A stretch of 64,000 bases of DNA from Octopus sinensis (lineage: Eukaryota). Positions 1 through 11,820 of this stretch are shown here, piece by piece; position 1 is the first letter of the stretch; each line of letters begins with the position of its first letter. The translations under genes and the position numbers were made by a program. A model generated the notes under the pieces. It did no database searches, had not been told where the DNA came from, and saw nothing but the letters and a program-made list of their open reading frames with translations. The stretch is from assembly GCF_006345805.1 (NCBI RefSeq), contig NW_021833942.1, forward strand, positions 1 to 64,000, given 5' to 3'.

Positions 1-980
1 GTATGAAGCTTTCCAGGTCCTTGAAATACGATCGGCATTAATTACTCGAAATAAACCACATTTACGACAATACATTTGATTTATTACAATATGATCTCAA
101 TTTATCCGCTGAACATTTCAAATGGTTTCCTTCATTCTTTACAGATATCGACTTCAAATTTCACATGGTACATTTCTTGCTTACTTCATGAGTATTCCTA
201 CTTGCTGCTGCTCCATTTCTTCTAATGTTCTTTTATCGACATCATTTTCCTGCCCCACTTTTGAGATATTGATATTTTCGCAGTCCTCCGAGCGTCTGCG
301 TCAGAGCGTAGATGTCACAGTTTTAAATAGTGCCGCCAAGATCATTTGGCTTTCGTCCAAATGCTAAATGTATTTCCTTCGGTTGGTTTGTCAATGGAAA
401 TATCTCATAATCGTCTAATCTCGTATTTTTCTTTATTTATGTGACTTTATTTCGCCCTTTTCTCATCTTTCCTAATAAATATTCTCCAGTAATCATAATA
501 TGTTGTACAATATATTCGTTGTTCAGTTGATGGGTAATTCTCCATTTATCAAATTTAGAAAAGCGCGTTACGATCTGGCAGTCTAACATTTCGACAGAAA
601 TGTACTTTATTTCCTTAATGAGGCTTAATTAATCATGTTTGACTTGGCTGAAGTCAACTCGTTAATTTATTTAGCTCACAACCTCAATGCAAATGTGACA
701 ATCCTAATCTAAGATTTATCTTTCTACGATGATGTAGTTTGTAAGTTTTGTTTTTCTGTAGGGTGATGTCGGGACGAAAAGAAACAGAAATTATTCAGGT
801 GTCGTCAATGTTCTAATCAGAAACTTTTAATTTTAGATTTTCGCTTTCATTTTCTTTGATTTTTTTTTCCTTTTTGTTTTATTCCTGTTTCGTTTCTGAA
901 GAAACCCAGATCTATTACACTTCTGTGATTAATTTCTCTGACCTACAAATAGACAAATATTTTATTACGAAAGTTAGATA

Positions 981-1328
981 TAGGCGCAGGAGTGGCTGTG
1001 TGGTAAGTAGCTTGCTAACCAACCACATGGTTCCGGGTTCAGTCCCACTGCGTGGCATCTTGGGCAAGTGTCTTCTGCTATAGCCCCGGGCCGACCAATG
1101 CCTTGTGAGTGGATTTGGTAGACGGAAACTGAAAGAAGCCTGTCGTATATATGTATATATATAGGCGCAGGAGTGGCTGTGTGGTAAGTAGCTTGCTAAC
1201 CAACCACATGGTTCCGGGTTCAGTCCCACTGCGTGGCATCTTGGGCAAGTGTCTTCTGCTATAGCCCCGGGCCGACCAATGCCTTGTGAGTGGATTTGGT
1301 AGACGGAAACTGAAAGAAGCCTGTCGTA

Positions 1329-1367
<39 letters not shown>

Positions 1368-1584
1368 CTGTGCATTTGTGTGTCTGTGTTTGTCCCCCTA
1401 GCATTGCTTGACAACCGATGCTGGTGTGTTTACGTCCCCGTCACTTAGCGGTTCGGCAAAAGAGACCGATAGAATAAGTACTGGGCTTACAAAGAATAAG
1501 TCCCGGGGTCGATTTGCTCGACTAAAGGCGGTGCTCCAGCATGGCTGCAGTCAAATGACTGAAACAAGTAAAAGAGAGAAAGAG
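981..1584 (+). mobile_element. tRNA-headed SINE family A (internal TA microsatellite), with its 181-bp 5' part tandemly duplicated (981-1161, then full copy 1162-1584)
   Basis: AGGCGCAGGAGTGGCTGTGTGGTAAG head with A/B-box-like motifs, CTTGGGCAAGTG CORE-like segment and GACTGAAACAAGTAAAAGAG tail; near-identical to copies at 37161, 47562, 55231, 58196 and 61908. Confidence 0.9.
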
Positions 1585-1860
1585 ATAGACCGGCTAAATT
1601 TAAATTTTAATTATTTCTTTTGGTTAATCATTGTGAACAAAGCATTATCAAAAACATTCACGGCTGAAGGGACTGCATTAAATTACTTGACAGCCCCTGC
1701 TTCTAATTAGATCAAAGATTGTTTAACCCCTGTTGGCCCTTTTTTTTGCGTCATATGTGAATGCCTGTGTATACATCCTTCGTTCTATCTAAACTTTATA
1801 AGACACCCCGTGTCCCCAAGCAATCGTGCCTTTATACTTCAGAATTCAAAAGAGCATACT

Positions 1861-2008
1861 CTTTACTCTTTTACTTGTTTCAGTCACTTGACTGCAGCCA
1901 TGCTGGAGCACCGCCTTTAGTCGAGCAAATCGACCCCGGGACTTATTCTTTGTAAGCCCAGTACTTATTTTATCGGTCTCTTTTGCTGAACCGCTAAGTG
2001 ACGGGGAT
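1861..2008 (-). mobile_element. SINE family A, 3' fragment
   Basis: Reverse complement of the family A tail (CTTTTACTTGTTTCAGTCA...GCACCGCCTTTAGTCGAGC). Confidence 0.85.
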
Positions 2009-2106
2009 GTACATTACTGTGTACATTAAGTGATATTTATCTCTCAATGAATAGAGGGTTGTTTTTTTTTCGTCCTAACCTTAATGGAATAGTTATACAC
2101 ACACAC

Positions 2107-2144
<38 letters not shown>

Positions 2145-2413
2145 CATACGTTTATGCATTTGTTTTGCAAGGTTCCTGATGTAAAATCAAGTATCGAAGC
2201 AAATATTGTTATGTTTGGGGAGGATCATATTTTTTGCCGGCTAAACACACGCACTGTATACTTGCTCTTCATTTCAGCTTCATTCTTCTTTTAAGGGGGC
2301 AGTAATCCGCTGCCCACGTAAATCCTACTAGAATAGGACCGAAGCTAAGCCAGACCTAAATAATAATAATAATAATTGCGGTACCTGGCAGTGGTTCTCA
2401 TGGCTTCTGATCG

Positions 2414-2414
<1 letters not shown>

Positions 2415-2500
<86 letters not shown>
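2415..2500. repeat. (AAT)n/(TTA)n microsatellite
   Basis: Direct reading. Confidence 0.95.
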
Positions 2501-2504
<4 letters not shown>

Positions 2505-2587
2505 AAAGTGAAAACCATGTGTATAGTGCTTGCGTTGTGTTTAACAGGCAAAAAGATGACCAGTCCCAAATACAGCAATATAAAAAT

Positions 2588-2618
<31 letters not shown>

Positions 2619-3179
2619 AACACACACACACACACACACACACAACACACATTATGCTGTTACTTTTCCGTACGTAGCCGAATGCATTTTTCTCAGCCTT
2701 CGGTTTACGTGCCGTTAGTTTTCCGGGCATTATCATTCCGGCTCTTAGAGGCTGGGAGCCAAGTGATCTTACCACCGTTGCAAGTTCTCTATTGTTGCTT
2801 TGAGACCAATAACATCTGTACCATGTTCTTGTTGTTGTTGCTGTTGATGATGATGATGCCGACGACGACGATGTAGTTTCCACTGCACTCGTCTTCCATC
2901 ACTACCTTCTCCGGACAGAAAACCCTGAAGTGGGACTGACTGTGACACTTTCAATAACTGGGGTTTTCTGCATCCACTACCACTCACATGACGCTTTTTC
3001 GGTTCCCACAACAAAGCACACTTCTCTAATGGCTCTGGGATCTTTCGAGCTCATTAAGGGTATCGATTTCTTAGTGTCCCTGATTACCTCAGTCTTCACC
3101 ACCTATTTGTACCCTTCGACAAAAGTAATTACAAGCAAACAATAAACTTGCTGTCGAAGATTCTTAAGTGTAAACGTTG

Positions 3180-3575
3180 CATTAAACCACACAAACTATT
3201 GTAGAACCAGCCTCTGGGCTGCTTCTTTAGAAGCTTTCTCGGCCTGCTTTCAGTTTCGATTATTAAGCCATATTCTGTGGGGCGTACCAGTATCGATGGA
3301 ACAGATAGTGTTCCATCTATCAGCCACACTGCCACTTGTACTGAAAGCATGTGGAAGCCTCCATTCAGGTATATTAAGACAGATCAATGTCATTATTCTT
3401 ATAAATTCCTTATTGCATTCAAGATCGAATAGTTCTGTATACCATATCCCTCCTATCTTCCTTTCTTCGCCGGCTATCTTTCCATATCACCGGAATCACT
3501 TCGGCTAGTGACACTGGCCAAACTTCAGTCATTGCTATTAGCACAATAAGCAATTTTGTTTTTAAATTTCGTGTC
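3180..3575 (-). mobile_element. Highly decayed C-terminal RLE region of an R2-superfamily (HERO-like) non-LTR element
   Basis: Frameshifted translation gives VSLAEVIPVIW / GEERK..YTELFDLEC / TGCTTTCAGTACAAGTGGCAGTGTGG (resembles CFPVEVGxRG) / EKASKEAAQRL..FVW, in the order expected for ELTVPWE..ERK..KY.EL..C..PVEVGCRG..EAAE..WLW. Confidence 0.35.
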
Positions 3576-3756
3576 TGAAAAATCTAAATGTTTGATGTCT
3601 TTCATTATTCCGTGTTTATTATTTTTGTTTACCTCTTTATGTTGTTTACAAATCTGCATTTATGTTTACCCTTGGGGCGTGTACAGTGCTACAAGATTTG
3701 TAGTTAGTCGCCCCTTGTATTATTACCCTGGAAGTAGAGGTCACATAATGCTTATG

Positions 3757-3909
3757 TATTTCTTTACTACCCACAAGGGGCTAAACACAGAGGGGACAAA
3801 CAAGGACAGACAAACGGCTTAAGTCGATTACATCGACCCCAGTGCGTAACTGGTACTTAATTTATCGACCCCGAAAGGATGACAGGCAAAGTCGACCTCG
3901 GCGGAATTT
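3757..3909 (-). mobile_element. SINE family B, 3' fragment
   Basis: Matches the family B body (GTCGACTTTGCC..TCATCCTTTCGGGGTCGATAAATTAAGTACCAG) and tail seen at 47094-47472. Confidence 0.85.
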
Positions 3910-4082
3910 TGACTTTGCTTATAGAAGTAAATGAAAGTTTACCGCAGAAAATGTATAAAATAAATCATTTATTTACTCTAGCCTGAAGTAAACGAAGTGA
4001 ATGCGCAGTTCCGAAGCTTAATAAACCAGGATATGAATTTTTTATGTATTAAAAAGTAATAATTCTTTCGAAGCAACAAGAA

Positions 4083-4155
4083 CGGTAACAACAACAGCAA
4101 CAACAACAAAAACAACAACAATGATGACAACGACGTTACTATTATTATTATTATT

Positions 4156-4193
<38 letters not shown>

Positions 4194-4256
4194 TATTATT
4201 ATTATTATTATTATTTTATGATCATCATCATCATCATCATCATCATCATTATTATT

Positions 4257-4288
<32 letters not shown>

Positions 4289-4386
4289 CATCATCATTAT
4301 TATTATTATTATTATTATATTATTATTATTATTATTATTATTATTAAACATCATCATCATCATCATCAACATTATTATTAATTATA

Positions 4387-4443
<57 letters not shown>

Positions 4444-4470
4444 GTTGTTGTTGTTATTATTATTATTTAT
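4083..4470. repeat. Compound (AAC)/(ATC)/(ATT)/(GAT) microsatellite
   Basis: Direct reading. Confidence 0.95.
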
Positions 4471-5830
4471 ATGATTTGCTTTTGCCGACATCAGATGTGC
4501 TTCACTTGCCTCTCAACACTGTTTGCATTTTCCACGTTTCATTGCGTAAAATTAACTCTTTGTGTGTGTGTACGTATGTGTATTTTTGTGTGATTGTGTG
4601 TGTTCGTGTGTGTGTGTCCAGAGAGTGGTTTTGTTTACAATCCGCTAACATTGGATGTTTTGGATGTATGCATCATTTACCTCGGAGCAGACAAAAATGG
4701 TTTTCTTTTAAGTATTTATTTGAAATCGTATTTTTTGTTTAAAGATATTTTATGATGGTTGCTTCTTCGTCTGGGTCAGCGGTGAGTGACAATCTCAAGC
4801 AAAAAAATGGAACCGATGATCGCCTGTAATTCTTGATGATTTGAAAGTCGCGACTTTTGTATAAAATATAAGAATAAAAACATAAAACATAATAAAAAAG
4901 ATTTTTGCAGCAAAACACATTTTTGATATAAAGACAGAGAAAGGCGAGAGCAGAAAGTATTAGAATAAATTACAAAAATATACAAGAATCTTTAAACAAA
5001 CAATAGCTAAAACTACAAGCCAAAAGTTGTTTAAAGATGGGACGCTTCTCTGAAAAAAAAAAAAAAACAAGCAAAGAATGTCAGGAATTTATCCGGAAAA
5101 ATTCTTTGTGTTTGCTTGACGAATTTATAGAACTGGCAATGAGAAATGAAATATAGGTCTGTCAGTTGGAAACCAAATGTGCTCTGAAATGTGTCAGAAA
5201 AAAAAATCTCCTGGCTGATATGTGGGACGGTGAGCATGCACGTATGCATATATGATGTATGTATATATGTATATAAGTGTGTATATGTATATGTGTGTGT
5301 ATGTATGCGTGTATGTATGTGTGTATGTGGGAAATTGGTATAAAATTCCAAGGGTAAAATGAGTTGTCGCGTTAGAAACTTATATGTTTGTGCTTCTGCA
5401 ACACTTGACGTCACTTAATACAGAAGTCATGGACAGGTTCAGAAGCTGACATTTTGCTGAGCATAATCTTTATATTAGAGCAGAAGTTATCAACATTGAA
5501 GGGATTAGGAACGAGATGTCATTGGACAGAATATGTGTGGCTGTGCAAGTCTTAATGGCGTATTCAGCATACAGTCATCTTGGAGCGACGTCGCCTCATA
5601 AGTTCAGTGAGGAAAGCGATACGACTGGTGGTATAAGGTTGAAAGTCTAGTTGTTACACATGCGTTAGTCACAGTCAACTTGGGGCGTTATCTGCCATAA
5701 GGAGCTTGAGAGGAAAATGAGGAGAGAGAAAAACACCAGAGGCATCAGAAGCGACAGAGCAAAACTCAGAACCTGCTGCTGTTTTCAAAACAGTCCAGAC
5801 AGTATATCCGATATCAAGGTATCATTTATA

Positions 5831-5950
5831 CGGTGGGCGGGGTGGGAGTGGGACGAAAACCGATCGACTGCAACCTTGCTTGTTAACCAACGAGCAGCAA
5901 GTCGACAATCAGGAAAACGACGGCGCCTTTCCGGCATTTTGTTTCCGCGT
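5831..5950 (-). promoter_or_regulatory. Possible CpG-containing core promoter (GC box, ETS-like and YY1-like motifs)
   Basis: TGGGCGGGGT at 5834-5843, TTCCGG at 5929-5934, and AAAATGCCGG on the minus strand (1 mismatch to AAAATGGCGG) in a locally CpG-rich patch. Confidence 0.25.
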
Positions 5951-6010
5951 AGAATTCATTACTGCTGTCCTTAACTTAACGGATCAGTGAAACTACACAT
6001 ACGTACACGC

Positions 6011-6159
6011 ATGTATGTATGTATGTATGTATGTATGTATGTATGTATGTATGTATGTATGTATGTATGTATGTATGTATGTGTGTATGTATGTATGTAT
6101 GTATGCGTGTGTGTATGTATGTATGTATGTATGTATGTATGTATGTATGTATGTATGTA

Positions 6160-6190
<31 letters not shown>

Positions 6191-6590
6191 ATGTATGTAT
6201 GTATGTATGAATGTATGTATGTATGTTTGTATGTATGTATGTATGTATATATGTATGTATGTATGTATGTATGTTTGTATGTATGTATGTATGTATGTAT
6301 GTATGTATGTATGTTTGTATGTATGTATGATGTATGTATGTATGTATGTATGTTTGTATGTATGTATGTATGTATATATGTATATATGTATGTATGTATG
6401 CATGTGCGTATATGTATGCATGTATGTATGTGTGCATGTATGTATGTTTGCATGCATGTATGTATGTATGCATGTATGTATGTATGTGTGCGTGTATGTA
6501 TGTATATGCATATGTACATGCATATACGGGCATGCATGTATATATATAAATATATATATATACACGTGTGTGTGTGTGTGTGTGTGTGTG
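6011..6590. repeat. (TATG)n array ending in (TA)n/(TG)n
   Basis: Direct reading; source of the MYVC/HTYI ORFs. Confidence 0.95.
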
Positions 6591-7360
6591 TGAACGATCG
6601 TGGGTATGGTCTTGCGTGCGTATGTGCATATCATGTAAATTATGAAAGCATCCTTCGAGTAATCGATATCCAATTGGAAAGAGCAGTGCCTCGCTGTATC
6701 AGATTTACAGTCACGTAGTACTTCTGACGAAGTACGTCTACCGCCGCATAAAGTGATTACAATCTAACACACACGCGCACTTCATACAATCGCAACCCCA
6801 TCCCACACATACACACATACACAAATACACACAGACACACACACTTATATATACACATATGAAACTAGCTGAATACACGAGAATTATTGACCTCCACATT
6901 GTTTTTCCCCGCGTTCTGTTGTATAATATACCTTTCTTTCTTTCTTTCCTTTCTTCTTTTCTTCTCTCCTTTTTTCTGCCATTCTTTCTTTGCTCATAAA
7001 ACCTCAGAGTTGCAAAGAGAAATGGATTGAGTAACCTAGCCAATTTCTTTACCTTCTGGCTCTTTTTTTCTCGGTTATTATGCCGCTCCAAACGTGCCAA
7101 TGTATTCGGAACACAAATACACGTCAGAGTTATTTTCTAGTTTATGTTTAAGCATTGTGAACTGTAAATAGAGAAATGCTGTGAAATCTTAGACGATGCT
7201 GAAGACATAAAAAAAACCCCCAAAAAAACTTTAAAAAATTCAAAATCTTCACTTGGACAAATAGTTGGCAATTTCAAAGAAGGAGAGTTTGTTGCGATCG
7301 TGACGAAACAAGTGAATTGAAGAAAGAGAGCATCTGTAAGGTATGCTATTGTATTGTACA

Positions 7361-7535
7361 ATGGCAGTGTTGAAGTGAAACCCTCTGTGTTTGAAACGTG
7401 TAGTCTCTCTTTGTACGCAGTCGATAATGTATATCTACGTTCATGGCAGTGTTGAAGTGAAACCCTCTGTTTGAAACGTGTAGTCTAGTCTCTCTTTGTA
7501 CGGAGTCGATAACGTATATCTACGTTCGTGGCAGT
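7361..7535. repeat. 82-bp tandem duplication
   Basis: ATGGCAGTGTTGAAGTGAAACCCTCTG... starts at 7361 and 7443; a third start GTGGCAGT at 7528. Confidence 0.9.
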
Positions 7536-7762
7536 TGCATGAGATAAATACGCATGGTTTGTGTCTATATAAGAAATCAATATTTGACACATGTAATGGA
7601 CACAAATGTACTCGATCGTTTGATGGGTGGTTATCATAATTCACCATAAATTACCAGAGTGGTTTTATGAACATTACGACAACAAAAACATAATGGTGTT
7701 AGTCTCAATTCCCACGGACATTGGTTTCGTAATCTATGTCGAACTGTACTGTCTCACCTTAC

Positions 7763-7802
7763 CTTTTCAGGTTATATGTTATAGAAACATTGTTCAGTTT
7801 CA
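7763..7802 (-). CDS. Candidate 40-nt internal exon (KLNNVSITYNLK), unknown gene
   Basis: Acceptor TTTTTCTCTTCAATTACATTTCAG, donor AG/GTAAGG, one frame open across the exon; no homology evidence. Confidence 0.25.
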
Positions 7803-8737
7803 CTGAAATGTAATTGAAGAGAAAAATCGATTTATCTGCCTGTATTTCAAATATTTTAAGAAGTAGAGTCTCTCGGCTCCAGCACCTGCAGTTATGGTCT
7901 CAGAATATTTATGGTGAATTTTCACTTATACGTATCCAGAAGAATGGTAGAAATAAGAGAATTTATTGAAACTGGAGTTCTCACTTTGTCGATTTTAGTA
8001 CCTGTTTTATTACCTGTTGTGACGATCCGAGCTGGGAAATTCGAGTGCTTAAATTGCTAGAAACAGCAGCTACAAAAATATCAGCGTAACACTTTAAGAT
8101 AGGTCACACTAATCAATGGAATGTTAAAACATAAAAATATAGGGTAGTCACAATAATAGTAGTTTTGACTATAGATCATATACAGACAGAACCAAATTCA
8201 CTTTCTCTCACTATATATATATATATACACACACAAGCGTATATGAGGGACAAGGTGTCGTGGTATGGATATGGGTCTCCCGATCATAAGGTTGCACATT
8301 CAAATACTCAGCCGCGCGATGCGTTGTGTCCTTGAGCAAGACATTTCATTTGTTAATGCTGCAGTATTCTGAACAGAAATTGTTAGAAATAGTAGTCAAT
8401 TTCCAGTGCATCTTCTTTCCCTTCAGCTCTCACAACCTCAATAAATTGTTGGGTCAAAGTTTAGATAATTGAGAGACAATCTACGACCTCTCGCGGCACT
8501 GCAGTTACCTACAGCAATTGACGAAAGCATGGTATTCTATTTGCTACCAAAGAACTCTCGACTGCAAGGGCAGTTATGTTTCTGTCTTAAACTGTATCAC
8601 GGATTGTATAGGTTGTTCGGGTTAAACTTGAGAGTTTGGATGAAGGAAAAAGAAAACGCAGAATGCCATCTAAGAATAGAAGTTGTTTACAAAAAGAATA
8701 AAAATTATCAACTACATCATGGCTGGGAGAGAACAGT

Positions 8738-9007
8738 TTATATAAAGAAGCAACCCTTGGGTTCCACTACGGCCTCATGATACCTCCGGAACCTGGCGTA
8801 TGTGTTCCTCCCTGGTATGATCTTCGAATAATTTGATCTAGGTCGCCAGCTCAACCTTGGTGTTGCAGGCCAAACGGATGGCGGCTTTCTTAACCCCGCG
8901 TCATAATCCATGGGATAACCATTAGGAGATGTGAAATCGGGACTGATATAACATTATCTCAATGATCTCCGATACCGTCCACTGTTCAACAATACTTCAA
9001 GCTATTT
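8738..9007 (-). CDS. Candidate exon with 5' UTR and a 57-aa ORF (MDYDAGLRKPPSVWPATPRLSWRPRSNYSKIIPGRNTYARFRRYHEAVVEPK...)
   Basis: Strong acceptor CCCCTTTTCCCCCCTTTTTCTTGCAG at 9008; ATG at 8911; non-repetitive, higher-GC sequence; donor uncertain. Confidence 0.3.
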
Positions 9008-9619
9008 CTGCAAGAAAAAGGGGGGAAAAGGGGACATTAATTATCGTCAACTTTAGCCCGAACACCTTATATACCTGTATGTGTGTGTGTGTGTGCGTGT
9101 GTGTGTGCTTGTCGGAGTATTTTCTTTCAGGCTTACCTTTTCGTGTTGAAGACATATACTTTTAATTTCCCTCGTTATTGCTCATAAAGATAACAGCCAG
9201 AAAATTAATTTGTAAAGATGGCAATTTTATAGCAATCATTGAATAGAATTTGCTGTTTTACGATGTTCGTAATTCATAAGTTACACGATGGGAATATATT
9301 ATTCAATATTCTCCAGTATTATATCCTCGATAATTTCATGCAATATACCACTGATATTTTTGTGGGAAGTCCTGATGTCAATATTACTCTGTCTTAATTT
9401 CATTTTCAACTACCTCATTACGCCTACTCTAACACGTGCATGGAAATAATTGTTATATGGAAAATAATACCGGATTTGTAGAGAACATTTTTTTCTATTT
9501 AGATATCATTGCAGAAAAAAATGGTTTAACCCTTAATAATATCGATCTGAGCATTCACATGATTTTCCACTTACATCCAGTACAATCACGCAGACACACA
9601 TAACCATACACTCGTGATA

Positions 9620-9620
<1 letters not shown>

Positions 9621-9696
<76 letters not shown>
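9621..9696. repeat. (CA)n microsatellite
   Basis: Direct reading. Confidence 0.95.
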
Positions 9697-9698
<2 letters not shown>

Positions 9699-9883
9699 TG
9701 AACCCTCCACCACATGCTTATCCAAACTCAGACACAAGCGAACATTCAAATATACTCCGTGACTCAGATATAACCGGTTACCTAACAATTTGTTGTGTAG
9801 GTGAAAAAGGCCATTTTGTTTTGCTTTTGACAGAAAAGTTGTTACAAAGATTTAATAAATGTCATTATAAGTGTTTGTTTTAG

Positions 9884-9959
9884 GTGGGTTGCAGTGGTAA
9901 ACTTGAATTTTCTGGAATCCGAGTATTCAACGATGACACAGAAATATTATTGTAAAACC
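9884..9959 (+). CDS. Candidate 76-nt exon (WVAVVNLNFLESEYSTMTQKYYCKT)
   Basis: TGTTTGTTTTAG acceptor, ACC/GTGAGT donor, one open frame; no homology evidence. Confidence 0.2.
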
Positions 9960-10215
9960 GTGAGTTCGTGAAGATCGCGGTTCTCGCAAACAAGCTATCC
10001 ACAAGAGTTCAATTATATTAAAATAATAATGATTTGAAAAAAATTAAAAATATATTCAATTGTAGTAGAAAGAATATCAATCATTAATGATGTCTTTCTC
10101 ACAAGGGTAAAACATGTGTTTGTGTGTGTTTGTGTGTGTGAATGCATTGCAAAGAAGCCGACAAGTTACGTACACATGGTGTCTCGTCGTATTTTTAAGG
10201 CCTATGCTCCTTTAT

Positions 10216-10279
<64 letters not shown>

Positions 10280-10365
10280 GACTACTACTACTAACTACTA
10301 CTACTACTACTACTTACTACGACTACTACTACTACTACTACTACTACTACGACTACTACTACTAC

Positions 10366-10405
<40 letters not shown>

Positions 10406-10406
10406 G

Positions 10407-10438
<32 letters not shown>

Positions 10439-10439
10439 G

Positions 10440-10516
<77 letters not shown>

Positions 10517-10517
10517 G

Positions 10518-10558
<41 letters not shown>

Positions 10559-10587
10559 GACTACTACTACTACTACTAACTACTACG

Positions 10588-10640
<53 letters not shown>

Positions 10641-10655
10641 GACTACTACTACTAT
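10216..10655. repeat. (ACT)n microsatellite, ~440 bp
   Basis: Direct reading. Confidence 0.97.
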
Positions 10656-11436
10656 GCTGGAATCTCTAAGGCCCCCACAATTTTATATTTTTAAATATTA
10701 TTCAGCTCGCATTTTGTATTTGAAAAATATGGTTGAGTCCCTTTTTGGGATCTGAAAATCTTAGGAATTTAATTGAACGTTTGCAAAGATTTTTTTTTTG
10801 TTTTTTGTTGTTTGGCTCTATTCGTCCCTCTTACCAGTTTTGGTTATCGCTTCATTAATAAAGAAAATCCGCTTTCACGTAGTGGATTATTTACAAAACC
10901 CTATATTATAGACGTTTCCATGATGGATTTTGTCTGAGCAACAAATTGGTAATTTTATATATATTTTGTGATGTAGCAATTTCGTATATTGATTATCACT
11001 TTAAAATATTAATAGAGTTCTGCTGTATTGAGTTCACTGGAATATTGTTGGCAAATACTTTAGTTGGTTTAGGACGAACGGAGCTTAACGTTAAGCTTCA
11101 CCCCAGAGAGATCTGGTCACATCGTTAGGGTAGAATGCGTTGCCTTGATACGAAGACTTCATATTTTAAAGGACATTTAATGAGGGGGATTGTTTAATTC
11201 TGAAGTGCATGAGATGTGCAAGGGAGCAATAATAATGATATCGATAGTTATTACCTATTCAGTAATAACAGCAATAACAGTTACTACGAATCTATATTTT
11301 TATATCAATAATTTTTTGTATCAATAATTTATTTTCGTTTCGTTGGCAGTGAAGGCGTTTTATTCTGACCCTTCAGGAAATTGTAATGTCGGAGTTTCTC
11401 TGTTTCTCCTTTCACATTGGTATTATTTAAACGAAT

Positions 11437-11820
11437 GTGGAGGCGCAATGGCCCAGTGGTTAGGGCAGCGGACTCGCGGTCGTAGGATCGCGGTTTCGAT
11501 TCCCTGACCGGGCGTTGTGAGTGTTTATTGAGCGAAAACACCTAAAGCTCCACGAGGCTCCGGCAGGGGATGGTGGTGATCCCTGCTGTACTCTTTCACC
11601 ACAACTTTCTTTCACTCTTACTTCCTGTTTCTGTTGTACCTGTATTTCAAAGGGCCGGCCTTGTCACTCTCTGTGTCACGCTGAATATCCCCGAGAACTA
11701 CGTTAAGGGTGCACGTGTCTGTGGAGTGCTCAGCCACTTACACGTTAATTTCACGAGCAGGTTGTTCCGTTGATCGGATCAACCGGAACCCTCGTTGTCA
11801 TAACCGACGGAGTGCTTCCA
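11437..11820 (+). mobile_element. tRNA-headed SINE family R, full length
   Basis: A box TGGCCCAGTGG, B-box-like GTTTCGATTCC, ends GACGGAGTGCTTCCA; TSD ATTTAAACGAAT at 11425-11436 and 11823-11834. Confidence 0.93.

Noticed and set aside
2398-3014. Minus ORFs with HHHHQQQQQQ and RELATVVRSLG (calmodulin-like look) ending at a GTAAGA donor
   Set aside because: Low-complexity part comes from trinucleotide repeats, no acceptable acceptor, and no EF-hand loop follows
5971-6718. Long ORFs such as MYVCMYVC / HTYIHTYI (also 15112-15479, 47943-49021, 52760-53446, 61225-61642) and poly-I/L/T/Y ORFs
   Set aside because: Translations of stop-free microsatellites; no coding evidence
11437-11510. Functional tRNA genes at SINE heads
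   Set aside because: Heads run directly into conserved SINE bodies with TSDs; cloverleaf stems are incomplete
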